Of a stretch of DNA of 64,000 nucleotides, positions 10,101-21,618 are shown piece after piece. Each line of letters starts with the position of its first letter. Positions within the stretch are counted from its first letter, which is position 1. The notes under the pieces are model-generated. The model was not told the origin of the DNA and searched no databases. It saw only the letters and a program-made list of their open reading frames with translations. Made by a program: the position numbers and the translations under genes. This DNA is from Aplysia californica (taxonomy: Eukaryota): assembly GCF_000002075.1 (NCBI RefSeq), contig NW_004797730.1, positions 187,902 through 251,901 on the forward strand, in the 5' to 3' direction.

Positions 10101-10863
10101 TGCTGACAAATTACTTACGCCTGTTCTTAATTGCCAAAACGCACCAAGTCCGGATCCGGAGCCTCCAAATGATCAACCCTCCACAGCTTAGAGGTCAAGG
10201 CGCGAGCTTCTACCGGAACCAGGGAACACAAGGCAGTAAAGCAGCCCGGACTCTCACGATCATCACAGGAACTTTCCTGGCGTGCTGGTTGCCTTTCTTT
10301 ATCATCAACCCAATTGCCGCAGTAGATGAACACCTNNNNNNNNNNNNNNNNNNNNNNNNNNNNNNNNNNNNNNNNNNNNNNNNNNNNNNNNNNNNNNNNN
10401 NNNNNNNNNNNNNNNNNNNNNNNNNNNNNNNNNNNCTTTCTTTATCATCAACCCAATTGCCGCAGTAGATGAACACCTCATCCCACTGGAATGTTTCATG
10501 GTGACCATTTGGCTCCGCTATTTTAACTCTTGCGCCAATGCTATCATCTATTGGGTATTCAACTCCAAATTTCGAGCTGCTTTCAAAAGACTTTTGCACT
10601 TGTATTCAGTAAAGGGAATTGTCAGCAGACTGTCGTTTTGCGCCTCGATTTATCGGGCATTTTCGTGGATACGGCCCAGCCACTTAGTCCTTTCTCTAAG
10701 CGTACACCCTAGTTATGTCTGTGATACAGGACATGATACAAATAGTAAGGAAGATGATTACGTCACAGTTGAACTTACAAAGCCCGATGTCAGCTTCGGC
10801 TTAGAAGAGGTAATTATGATATATTATGCTTGCACAAAGTTTTTCGAAAGCGATACAGTATAG
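10101..10863 (+). pseudogene. GPCR copy 2b: 3'-half fragments (end of TM5 to C-tail) with degenerate TM7; probable pseudogene or mis-assembled copy
   Basis: 10101-10335 encodes LTNYLRLFLIAKTHQVRI...CWLPFFIINPIAAVDEH. 10436-10863 encodes TM7 as WLRYFNSCANAIIYWVF, so WLGY became WLRY and NPxxY became NAxxY. No 5' half is visible and there are gaps at 9956-10100 and 10336-10435. Confidence 0.7.
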
Positions 10864-10999
10864 ATCTAATCTCGAAGACACCATTCCTTTATAGGGGAGC
10901 CTTGTTTATGAACTAGTAGACTGAAGAAAAGGTCAACATATATCAGAATCAAATCCAATTCAGCAATTACTAAACAGCGTATGATGTCGATAAACTATG

Positions 11000-11165
11000 A
11001 CAATGACAATGTTTATTAATCTCGAAGGGAGAAATTATTTTGTCTTGGTCGTTTGCAATGGCAGTAGATGCTACTAACTTCAGGTGCACTCACGCATACG
11101 CACAACACAACAGGACATTAGTAAATGCATGTCTCACGTGCTGAAACACGCGCTCCGTAAAACTA

Positions 11166-11219
<54 letters not shown>

Positions 11220-11780
11220 CCCTCTCTCTCTCAGTTTTATTTGCAGCATTGTGTGTTCAGTAACCTCTGTGCAGTTGGTACGAATGAATTTCTATATCTG
11301 TCTGTTCTTGCTCCTTTGGAAATGTATCGTTTACTGCGGGGTCGATAATTGAAAATTCTGATCTCAGTCGGTGGCTATGGTCACTTACCGTTATTTCCGC
11401 TTTTTAAAAAACTTTTGTTCTGTGCAGATATTCAAAGTTACTTAGGTCTCTACCAGTTGTTCCTGATGCCTTTCTGATCAATTTATTTATTTTTATGATG
11501 TGCTGTCTTTCCAAATGAGCAAAAAACCATAACCTAAAGGCGATACATAATGTCTGGAGCTTCTTTGATACCCCCCCCCCCTCCTTTTTTTCCTGAGACA
11601 CAAAAATAAAGAAAATAGAAACCATATTGGTGTGACTTCTTTTTGATTGCCTCTGGTGAAGCCTACTTCTAAACGTATTTACATGGGACGGGAATAGCTC
11701 AGTTGATAGCAAGAGGACCTACGGTGTGGATATAGCACAGATGCCTCTACCTACCTCGTCTACCGGTGAACTTCTTTTAA
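11000..11780 (-). mobile_element. Rex1/Babar-like LINE 3' fragment with internal (CT)n microsatellite (11170-11232)
   Basis: Minus-strand peptide YISKGARTDRYRNSFVPTAQRLLN resembles the Rex1-type ORF2 C-terminus. It is followed by a 3' UTR ending in AATAAA and a short repeat tail. Confidence 0.6.
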
Positions 11781-13765
11781 CAATGAGCCAGTGTTTGCGG
11801 CAGAAGATATTTGGAGACGTCTCCAGAGAGCACAAAGGAACTATTCGGAGATGTACTCCCGCACACTAGTGACACAGATGCACTGCTTTGGGGGTCAAAC
11901 TGCGTATTGTTTACCGAAGATCAGACACATATGTATCTAAAACTGTCGCAAATCAATTATTTTCTGGAACATTTCAAACCTAACTGCAAAACATCAAATT
12001 ATGTGTAAAACCTGGACGGGGGGAAACCACCCCCCCTCCCTCCCCCAGATTTTTAAAACTTGGTCCAGAGGCACTTAAACTTTACTTAAAGCATTTTGAT
12101 TGGACAATGTCTTCCAATAGATATTGTGTGAGTTTGCATTTTTATTCTCGCCTCACCAGTTAAAACAAACAGTTTGCACGTGACCATGTTAAGTGTCCGG
12201 AATGCTGTGAAAGTAACTCTGCATTTACAAATCAGGAGATCCCACCTGCTGGTCGAATCTCAGGTACCACACCCAAGAGTTGTTTCATGGCCGCGGCGAA
12301 TTTCTAGAAATTACAATAACGGTTCTTTTGTATGCTTGACAAGCCTACTTTTCTTAAAGTGACTTCCCCTTAGGCCAAAGAAACTATAATTTCTTTTATT
12401 GTTCAACACCGCGATGATGGTAGTTGTTTTCGGCACGTGTCATTTCGAGTTTCTTCAACTTGGTTTTTGATTTGTTTTAGGGGGGGGGGGGGGGGGTGTT
12501 TTGAAGCTATCTTGCGCCTTGCTGATATGGTAATATTTTTTTTAACGGTAATAGCACAAGTGTAGAGAACCCAACCTCCATAACTATACGTTTTGTTCAT
12601 ACTTTAAATATATTATAGGCGGAATCATTTTCAACGGAAAAACATGTGTTGTCCTGCTGAAGTTATGGCAAGTCCGTCGTCTGACCTAGAGCGGCCAGGC
12701 ATGACCGAGATGACGTCAATGCTCAATAGTTGTAACCTGAAAGTGGCTCATAGCGAGACAATTTCAAAGGGCGAATTTGGCATACTGAGTTGTCAACATT
12801 TAGAGTCATTTTGATTACTACTGGACCCATAAAAGTTAAGAACACATCTAGCTATATTTAAGAAGATTTACCCGACTAAACCTCCTCCCCCCCCCGGCAA
12901 CTTCTCAGTCATCTCTGAAGTACGTTTTCGCTCCTTAGTGATATACATGTATTCCTTCTCTCCATGAACTCTATGTTATTAGCTGATGTTCCTGAACTTT
13001 ATTTTCTGTATGTCATTGCTCAGAACAGCATTTCCTGTTTGTTTGTTTATTTCTTTGTTTGTTTGTTTGTATTTTTGGCTTTTAATTTTAGAGAAGCTCG
13101 CCAACATGGTGGCGGTCCTTTCGTGGAGGGGAAAAGATACGACAGAACAACACAGACAGAAACATCGTAAATGAACAGATGGACTTTCTACCTGAAAACT
13201 AATTTTTCAATCCCTGTGAACAAAACGCTAAATTATTATTATACAAATTACGCTATAGAAATTTAGATCTTATCGAGACAGACCCCTCTTTTTAGGAGTA
13301 TTTGTGATATAAAAAAAAATCTTGACTATACCAAATTTGGCGAAAGATCATCATGAAAAAGAACTTGACAGAAGGCGAAGTAAATACAAAAAGAAAGATA
13401 CCATCTCTGCATCTTGTTGTGTGTGAAGAAGACTCTAGAATGTCATGTTGAAAATGCTTTAACTTTAACTTAAGTGTGTAACTAGTGTAAAGCAGTAGCT
13501 TTACTCGTAGTATCTGTTGAGTTTTTGTTCGGAGAGCGTTTTAATATTTCTAAGGGCAAATACTTTGAACACATTAAAAAAATCGTCAGTTCCATCCTGA
13601 CTTACTTTTTTACTTTTCACTGTTTCCGCCCTGACTCGAATCGGAACACGTCTGCTGGGACATTTTAGTAACCCATTTTCAGCACTTTTCAAGAACCCCC
13701 GAGCAGATGTTGAGTTCCTGCGTGCTGTCGGCATCGCTGACCGTTTAAGACGCCACAGCGCCATA

Positions 13766-13890
13766 AGAGAGAGAGAGAGAGAGAGAGAGANNNNNNNNNN
13801 NNNNNNNNNNNNNNNNNNNNNNNNNNNNNNNNNNNNNNNNNNNNNNNNNNNNNNNNNNNNNNNNNNNNNNNNNNNNNNNNNNNNNNNNNN

Positions 13891-13941
<51 letters not shown>
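13766..13941. repeat. (GA)n microsatellite spanning an assembly gap
   Basis: Direct observation. Confidence 0.95.
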
Positions 13942-13943
<2 letters not shown>

Positions 13944-13944
13944 C

Positions 13945-14480
13945 TTTTCGAAGAGAGATGCAATCGTCGCCCATGAGCCTGGCTTGTTTTTGTTCAGTTC
14001 GTCTCGTCGTTCCTGTGGAGGGTTTCTGTGGCTCCGCCGGTCCATCTTGTTTTTTGTTTTTTTATAATCCTTTTGCCCTGAAACCATCAAATTGGATGTT
14101 GTAAGCCTTGGAGTTGGAGGGGAGCTGTTGTGACCCCATTTTCATTTCTTGTACAAACCAACTGATTTGTTGTTTTTTGGAGTATTTCATGTTCGATTCG
14201 ACACCCACTTGATGTCCGATGTCTTCGTGTCTCTTTCTGCCTCTTTTCTTGATGTTTAACGTTTTTCAACTTTTTCTAAAACGTTTCATTTCGTATGCTG
14301 TTATTTTACTTTGCTGTGCTTTGTAGAGGTTTGACTGTGGTGGCAGAGAGTTGGTAGGAAGATTAATCTGATTCTGATGAGTTATTTCTTTGTCTCAACT
14401 GAGATGTTTGGAGACAAAGAAAGAACTCAGATGTGGGGAAACAAAGAGACACCTCTTTAGTTTAAGTCAAAGTCTGAAAT
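13945..14480 (-). mobile_element. RTE-type LINE 3' fragment
   Basis: Decayed RTE C-terminal peptide. Shares similarity with 1700-2090, e.g. ctttgtctcaactgagatgtttgg vs ctttgtgtccatggagatgtttgg. Confidence 0.55.
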
Positions 14481-14506
14481 TTCAAGCCTAACAAACATAA
14501 CAAATA

Positions 14507-14944
14507 TGTGAGGTAGCGTGGTGGAATCAGGCTCTCGTCAAAATAATCAAAGTGACGAAATTTGCATTTTTCCGCAAGTTTGTGAATTTTTATCAAATTT
14601 TAGTTTTTTGGCCCAACACCTTTTATGCCCATTAAAGAACTAATTTCTGTGTGGATTTTTCTGAAAAATGTTGATTAAAGGCACAAAAAAAGTAAATTTT
14701 CAGTTACCACAGACTCTTAAGCTAAGGAAAAAAACTCATCTTTGGCGGCCATTTTCTAACTAATTTTACCTCTGAAAACAGGTGACTCCCACCTCCTTCT
14801 TTTGCAAATATCTCGACTTGTATTCAAGATTAATGGATATTTTTTTCATCCGAATAAAGACAAGTGAACAAGCTTTAGGATGATTTCAATAACCCTACAT
14901 GCCCAAAAATTGACGAGAGCCTGATTCCACCACGCTGCCTCACA
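14507..14944. mobile_element. MITE family A
   Basis: Same TIRs, 438 bp, flanked TA/TA, opposite orientation to the 8143 copy. Confidence 0.93.
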
Positions 14945-14980
14945 TATGGCGTTAACAACACTCTGAGGAAAGGGATCAAA

Positions 14981-15227
14981 TGTGAGGCAAGCTGACAAAA
15001 TGAGTTACTTCTCAGAATCCATAAATGGAGCTATTTGTCAAAAAAGACGCTGACTAGTGTCAAATTTGTAGATTTTTATGGACGTCATATTCTTTAAGTA
15101 TAACATGCTCTTTAATATTTCGTACTTATAAATTATACAACTTTCACCCATAAGTATAAGTGTGTTGTATCTATTTCCCATAGGGTTCAAATCCGAGAAG
15201 TAACTCATTTTGTCAGCACGCTTCACA
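14981..15227. mobile_element. MITE family B (~245 bp)
   Basis: TIRs TGTGAGGCAAGCTGACAAAATGAGTTACTTCTC ... GAGAAGTAACTCATTTTGTCAGCACGCTTCACA; flanked AA/AA; second copy at 63432-63671. Confidence 0.88.
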
Positions 15228-15662
15228 AATCATAATGTCCCTAGTCTTCATTTTTTGCCCCTCTTTGCTCTGAAAGACTTTTCCAGTTTGTTTTGCTTGT
15301 TTGAATTTGGGAGGCATGCATTAACATGAAAACGTGAGGGACAAAAAAGTTAAAATGAAACAGCAAAGAAAATAATGATAATCAAATAACAGTCCAACAG
15401 AAATAAAATTGTGAGTCTACATGCTCTCTTGAAAGTGAAACCCTCTCGATTTCCACTGTGTGACTGCTCTTGTTTTCCCAATGGAGGGGCTCCTAGAAAG
15501 GTCTGTTGAGAGTCGGAGGTCATGCCTTGTTGAAATGTCTTCAGTGTGTGACTCACCATATTCCCCCATCGTTGTTTTAAAAAAAAGGGGGGGGGGGGAG
15601 GGTTGTTTATAATTACGAAAACGTTTTGGTAGGTCTAGTTACCAGTGACCAATTGAATACCT

Positions 15663-16184
15663 TTTGTTTTTGTAAGTGTTTTACGGCGCTCGCAACTGCA
15701 TAAGGTCATATGAGCGCGCGGGACACACTAAACTTTTTCAGTTGGTAGGAAATTTTGAATTTTGCCCGGGTGGCGGCCGAAGCCTACTCTTATCGATTTT
15801 AGACCTCCAAGGGATCTTTAACGTGCACAACTTGCACACGGGACCTCCAGATTTTTCGCCCTTGTCCGAGAAGGCTAGGTGTAGATCTTTCCTACCAGAA
15901 GATCAGGGGTGTGGCTGAAAGACAGCAGTAAGAAGAAGCCAATGAGTAGCAGTAGAAAGGCTGCAGAAAGAATCAGGAGCCCAGAGGAGGGGGCAAAGGA
16001 GGTGAAGGGGTGGGGGGCAGAAAGAAGAGACGAAAGCAGACGACAGAACATTGCTAGAGAGTAGGAAAGGAGGTGAAAGGAGACCAATTTAGAGAAGAAA
16101 ATATTTTGGTCGCTACCCGGATTCGAACCCGGGACCTTTGAATGAGAGGCCAACACCTTAACCTCTAGGCCACGAGAGCCCCCC
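15663..16184 (-). mobile_element. Full-length tRNA-derived SINE (Nin/Deu-domain type) with 11-bp TSD
   Basis: 5' head has Pol III A box TGGCCTAGAGG and B box GGTTCGAATCC. The central GCACGTTAAAGATCCC...TAAGAGTAGG...CCCGGGCAAAATT block resembles the Deu/Nin domain as I recall it. The 3' end is a LINE-like stem-loop tail. TSD ATTGAATACCT at 15652-15662 and 16185-16195. Confidence 0.9.
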
Positions 16185-17688
16185 ATTGAATACCTATAAG
16201 AAGGAATTTCAGTTCCGCTTTAGAATTAAAACTCTTGGCCTAGACTTATTAGCTACCAAGACTGTTTTATCTACTAAATCGGATAAATTACGGGCACCAT
16301 TATACGCCTAATAAAAAAGGTGTAAAGCAATGAGTGCTCTCAATAAAAACGCATTTTCTTCAACAACACAACCGAGAAGGTTACTCTTGGTCAATGAAAA
16401 TTAGGTACTTCATTCTTACACAGCCCCCCCCCCCCTCCGAACCAGGGCAGTGTTACTGACTGAAGTTGTCTTTAGGTAATTTCAAAAGGGGGGATACAAT
16501 GTATAAACAATAACATGTTCTTACGCTCAGTAGAATTGTAAATGGGCTGATTTATGTCATGCTCATACGGTGCCGGAACATCATTGGGGGAACTGCTGCT
16601 TTTTTCCCCCTCATCCTTAATATCGTCATTTCCCCTCTACTTCTTTTGCATGTTTGTCACTCTCTTCTGAACTGCTACTTCCGGGGTGCCTTGATAGTCG
16701 AAGCAGACTTTGTGCTGTTGAGGCTAGAGAGGTGAGCAGAGTAGATCTAAGCCTGATTCCCCGTTCGAACTTCTCTGTTGACATCCACCCCTTGGCGCTC
16801 ACATTACCTTATTCAGTTGCGACCGCCGTAAAACTTTACTAAAACTATATTATTCTTACACCGTGTTTGTTAAAAGCCTATATTGTTTCCTTTTTTTTCT
16901 CGTGCTTCGCTTTAATTGATTTTAGAGAATGGTATGCAATAGACCAAAATGATGACGAAGTGCACGACATAGGCCAAAATGGTGGACAAAGGACTTCCGC
17001 TCAGAAGAATTCAAACAAATGGATGCTAACATTATTGTTGTGAGCTCTTCATTTTCTAATACGAAACGTTTTGAATATACTCTTGTTCCGGTGTTTGTTT
17101 TGTGAGTATTAGTTATAGTAACCCCACATTCCTTTTATAATTTTCTACTCTTGCCTGTCTTAGAATTTCTTTGGCATGGCAGTGGTTGGTCGTGAAAAGC
17201 TTTAGAGTTTCGCAGAGAGAGAGAGAGGTTTGGTGCACATCTCTTCCTCATCTTGAGTCGGTTATCTCCGATGCTTTCTACGGGGTAGCTGTTAGTTTAT
17301 AGACTAGGGTGAATCACAGTAAAGCCACATTTCACCAAAAAATCGGTAAGGCTAATGGAGACGTTGAAAAGAGATAGAATTGGATAACTGTTACCATGTT
17401 TTTAACCCGTACTGCGCTCAAAATCCTCAGAAATGAAGTTTACTAAGTTACAATATTTCGTCTATTACCAGCCCAAAATGGATTACGACTGAATCACAGT
17501 TTGTTCCCCGTTTGTGCCCATGATTTTATGACATAAAAGCTTTACCTTTTCAAGTACAAGATAGGAAAGAACACAGATGCGGCGGTCTTGATCTGAGATT
17601 TTCATAATTCTATTTTCTCTTTCCACCCAGGAGAAGAGAGCTGTGCAAATGACGGTGACTGATCTTTGCTAATTTTCAAGTCTTCACT

Positions 17689-19062
17689 ATGGAATCTTTG
17701 ACCACATTAACACACGAGGTGCCTCATCCAGAAAATGTTGTGTGGGCTCCTCCTGCATACGATGAACAGCACCACTTGTTTTTTTCGCACGGGCCCGTCT
17801 TGATTGGTATCGTCGGGTCGTTGATCATTACTGTGGCAATGGTAGGAAATGTTCTTGTGTGCTTGGCAATTTTCACAGAGCCTATTCTCTCCCACAGCAG
17901 AAGCAACTTTTTTATCGTGTCCCTGGCAGTTGCCGACTTACTGCTCGCTCTCCTGGTCATGACGTTTGCCTTAGTCAACGACCTGTACGGTTACTGGTTG
18001 TTTGGAGAAACCGTCTGCTTCATCTGGATGTCTGCAGACGTGATGTGCGAAACTGCGTCCATCTTCAGTATCTGTGCCATTAGCTACGATCGCTTGAAGC
18101 AAGTACAGAAGCCACTTCATTATGAGGAGTTCATGACTACTACTCGGGCTCTTTTGATAATTGCTTGTTTGTGGATTTGTTCATTTGTCGGGTCTTTTGT
18201 ACCAATATTTCTGGAATGGCATGAGCGATCAGTGGAAGAAATCAAAGCCAATTTCAAAGGTAGCGGTTCGGACAAAGACCGAGTCAAGAAAAAAGCTGCT
18301 GAAGCACAGACGTTTTCGCCCACTTCAAATCAAAGTTCGGGAGCCGTGCAAAAACTGAACACAAAACCCGAGTGTCTTTTCGATGTACACTTCACCTGCT
18401 CGGTTATCTATTCCTTTATTTGTTTTTATATCCCGTGCACAATAATGCTCACGAACTACTTCCGCCTGTTTTTAATTGCCCGTAAACATCGGCACCGGAT
18501 AAACAGCATCAAACCCCAAGTGAATGGCGGTGTACAACAGCCCAGAAGTCAAAGGACTAGCTTCAACCGGAAATGTGGAGTGCGTGGCAGTAAAGCAGCC
18601 CGGACTCTCACGATCATCACAGGAACTTTCCTGGCGTGCTGGCTGCCCTTCTTCATCATCAACCCAATTGCTGCAATAGATGAGCACCTCATCCCATTGG
18701 AATATTTCATGGTGACCATATGGCTTGGCTATTTCAATTCTTGCGTCAATCCCATCATTTATGGGACTTCCAACTCTAAATTCCGAGCTGCTTTCAAACG
18801 CCTTCTCGGTTGTCGTTCTGTTAGGGGAAATGTTCGCGGCTTCTCCCCCCGCAGATCTATTTATAGGGCGTTCTCGTGGATACAGCCCAGCCGCTTAGAC
18901 TTCACGCCAAGTCGACGCTGTAGTAGGACGGTTAGCTGTAGTTTCCACTCAGATACACGAGAGGTGGACAAGAACAGCGATGGAGGCAATAGTGTCAAAG
19001 CTGAACCCTCAAAGTCCGAGGTCATCATAACTGAACAGGAATCCTCATATAACTCCTCCTAA
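17689..19062 (+). CDS. Aminergic GPCR copy 3 (457 aa, intronless CDS)
   Basis: Intact ORF with the same 7TM motifs as copy 1; distinct ECL2, ICL3 and C-tail. Confidence 0.95.
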   Translation: MESLTTLTHEVPHPENVVWAPPAYDEQHHLFFSHGPVLIGIVGSLIITVAMVGNVLVCLAIFTEPILSHSRSNFFIVSLAVADLLLALLVMTFALVNDLYGYWLFGETVCFIWMSADVMCETASIFSICAISYDRLKQVQKPLHYEEFMTTTRALLIIACLWICSFVGSFVPIFLEWHERSVEEIKANFKGSGSDKDRVKKKAAEAQTFSPTSNQSSGAVQKLNTKPECLFDVHFTCSVIYSFICFYIPCTIMLTNYFRLFLIARKHRHRINSIKPQVNGGVQQPRSQRTSFNRKCGVRGSKAARTLTIITGTFLACWLPFFIINPIAAIDEHLIPLEYFMVTIWLGYFNSCVNPIIYGTSNSKFRAAFKRLLGCRSVRGNVRGFSPRRSIYRAFSWIQPSRLDFTPSRRCSRTVSCSFHSDTREVDKNSDGGNSVKAEPSKSEVIITEQESSYNSS

Positions 19063-19246
19063 AATGAGTCTATGAAACAGTAGAATATGGAAAATGGATA
19101 GAAAAGTGACAACACTGGATTTAGTTTCGTCCAACAGCAGTGATTGAACAATAGATGTTGCTCGATACTGTGCAAAAAACACCAACCTTATGAATAGAAT
19201 CACAATATAAGGTTTGTGACACATAATAACAACATTTTTAAAGATA

Positions 19247-20761
19247 TACTCGCCGGCAAAAGTAATGCGAAGTCGCATGACACAAGAAGAGGAGAGTAAA
19301 TTGAAGCAATATTTGTATTAAGAGAAACAGGTTTGAGGTGTCTCAGTTTGCACAAAACATTGCTTGAGAGTTGGGGGTTTGCTTAGGGGCAGATTTTGTT
19401 ATTCGGCATCAATGACCTTGACCTTGGGGCTTTAGTTCCAGTCAGTATCCAGTATGGCCCCCATTAGCGTTGATGACACCAGTGCCTCGGGGGGTACATA
19501 GAGTGGACCAAGCGATTGATTTGGCAGTCGGGGACCTGCACCCGCTCCTGAAAAATAGCAGCACCCAGTAGTACAGCTGTCCGGGGTCTGGGCTGGAGTT
19601 GATTGAGACGCCTCTGAAGGATCCCAAAGGTGTTCTATTGGGTTCACATCTGGTGATCGGGGTTGGTTAGGCATGGTGGGCATGTTGTTTTGTACCAGGA
19701 ACTGCTGGGTAGCACGTGCTGTATGAGGCCGGGCATATCCTGCTGAAAGAGATGGTTTTGATGTCGCTGGAAAAATGGAGCAACATGGGGCTGCAGGACT
19801 TGATTGATGTAGCCCTGCGCCGTCATTCCGTTGTCACATCCAGGTCCTAAATGTTGGAATATTATGGAACCCAGTCTTTGACTGATACCGATTGCGCCCC
19901 ATATCATCACGCTTTGACCTCACCCACGGGTCTCTCTCCCAGATGTTCTCGTCAGAGTAGCGTTGTCCGGAGAGGGCCAAATTCGGACCCGTCTATTGTC
20001 AGAATCGATGCAGAAGCGACTCTCGTCACTGAAGATCACACAATGCCACTGTCGATGAGGCCAGTTAACGGGGTTCTGAGCCCACTGGAGACAAGCTCGT
20101 CGATGATGGACGTTCAGGGATGCTCTCTGCTCCGGACCACGACAATGCAGCCCCTGGCCACAAGTCGGCGGCGTATGGTGCGGTCACTCACGACTCTATC
20201 GTGCGTTCCTATGGTGTTCTGGGCTGTCTCGGAGGCAGACAACCGTGGATCTCGGCGATGCTGACGCACGACGAAGCGGTCTTAGGCAGCTGTTGTCAGC
20301 TGAGGTCTTCTGCTTCTTTGGAGATCTCTCGTGGAGTTGGTTGCCTGGAATCTGTTTTACGGGCGGTAGATAGTGCTGCTGCTGGCATGCACTCGTAGGA
20401 CTGTAGTCACTTGCTGAGGGCTCGTGCCGGCTTGCAGACATCCAATAGCTCTTTCTCGATTTTCCCGTACCAAAAACTCTCTGGTCGTACTTTGTAACAC
20501 TCAATCCCAGACCAATTTAACATGTGAGCAAGAATTCACGACTCAATTCACGTTTTAATTGCATACCACTGAGAGGGTTACTTTGTTGTATTGTTTGATG
20601 CATAATGAGCGGCCAATGAGCATGTTGTGTTTTTTAAATGGAGCCAATCCAATAACAAGAACACATTGCGAATAGAGACAAATGAAAACAACTCACGAAA
20701 ATACTCAGTTTTGTTTTCTACACATGGTGTTACTTTTTCGCGTTATTTATGCGGGTCAGTA
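19247..20761 (-). mobile_element. Tc1-family DNA transposon, near full length, transposase decayed
   Basis: Imperfect TIRs TACTCGCCGGCAAAAGTAATGCGAA / TACTGACCCGCATAAATAACGCGAA with TA flanks. Minus-strand peptides WHCVIFSDESRFC, MIWGAI, LFQQD and SPDVNPIEHLWD cover the DDE triad but lie in different frames. Confidence 0.9.
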
Positions 20762-21304
20762 TATAATAATATTATTAAATGTCCCCTACACGAATGTTTG
20801 ATTTAAAAAAGCAACAAAAAACAAACAAACAACCAAACAACAAAGCAAACAAGAAAAAAAAAATAGGGTAAAAAGAAGAATACAACAAAAGACAATGCTC
20901 ACAGTGAGCAGACCTTGAAATAAAACCTTAATACATTTCTGTTTGCAGGGTAACAACACCGTTTTAAGATAAACAAGTCGAATAGTGACTCCTCTCTTCC
21001 CCCCCCCCCCAAAAAAAAAAAAATCTGTTAAAAATAGCAGGAAACCAAATGAATAAAAATGGAAATAAAAGTCTGTACCCGACTTAATTTTTTCATAACG
21101 ATTTCTCAGTTACAACTGTTGCACGTATACGTTGCTCCTCTGCGTTCGTTACAACATTCTAATACATCGGCATCGTCCCTGATCTTTTCTCTCCTTTTTG
21201 TTCAGAACGATCTTTCCCTCTTGTATACTAGTTTGTACTTTTATATTCAGACATGTGCATCACTATTAATTATTACTATGACGATCCGTTTGTGAAGAAG
21301 GAAA

Positions 21305-21482
21305 GTGGGTGGTTGGCGGGTGCTCTGGTGTGGTTTGCTCCTTCTTTCCTATCAAACATCTATCGTCTTTATCTCCCCTCCTTCTTTTTTGTGTTTGTTA
21401 CTCTCTTGTAACGCCTCTAATCTTCGGCACTTATATGACCTTATTGTGTTGCAAGTGCCGTAAAACTCTTACGAAAACTAAA
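21305..21482 (+). mobile_element. Short 5'-truncated LINE 3' UTR fragment with the stem-loop tail shared with the SINE
   Basis: Further copies at 23266-23445 (-), 57621-57780 (-) and 31833-31995 (+). Ends in TATGACC...GCCGTAAAAC plus (ACTAAA)n-like sequence. Confidence 0.7.
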
Positions 21483-21507
21483 AAAGAAGAAGGAAACTTG
21501 AAAACAG

Positions 21508-21618
21508 ACATCATCATCCGGTGCCTTGCCGACTGGCGTAGGCGATCATGGACCTCCACTTCACCCTGTCCTGCGCTACAGCAATGGTGTCTGTTGTTCT
21601 TGCTGCTCCCAACCATGT
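21508..21618 (-). mobile_element. RTE LINE extreme 3' end with (GAT)n tail
   Basis: Near-identical copy at 37019-37129; the minus strand ends ...GGCAAGGCACCGGATGATGATG. Confidence 0.65.

Noticed and set aside
16110-16184. tRNA-like sequence with A and B boxes on the minus strand
   Set aside because: It is the head of a SINE (body, tail and TSD follow; several copies). No complete acceptor stem.
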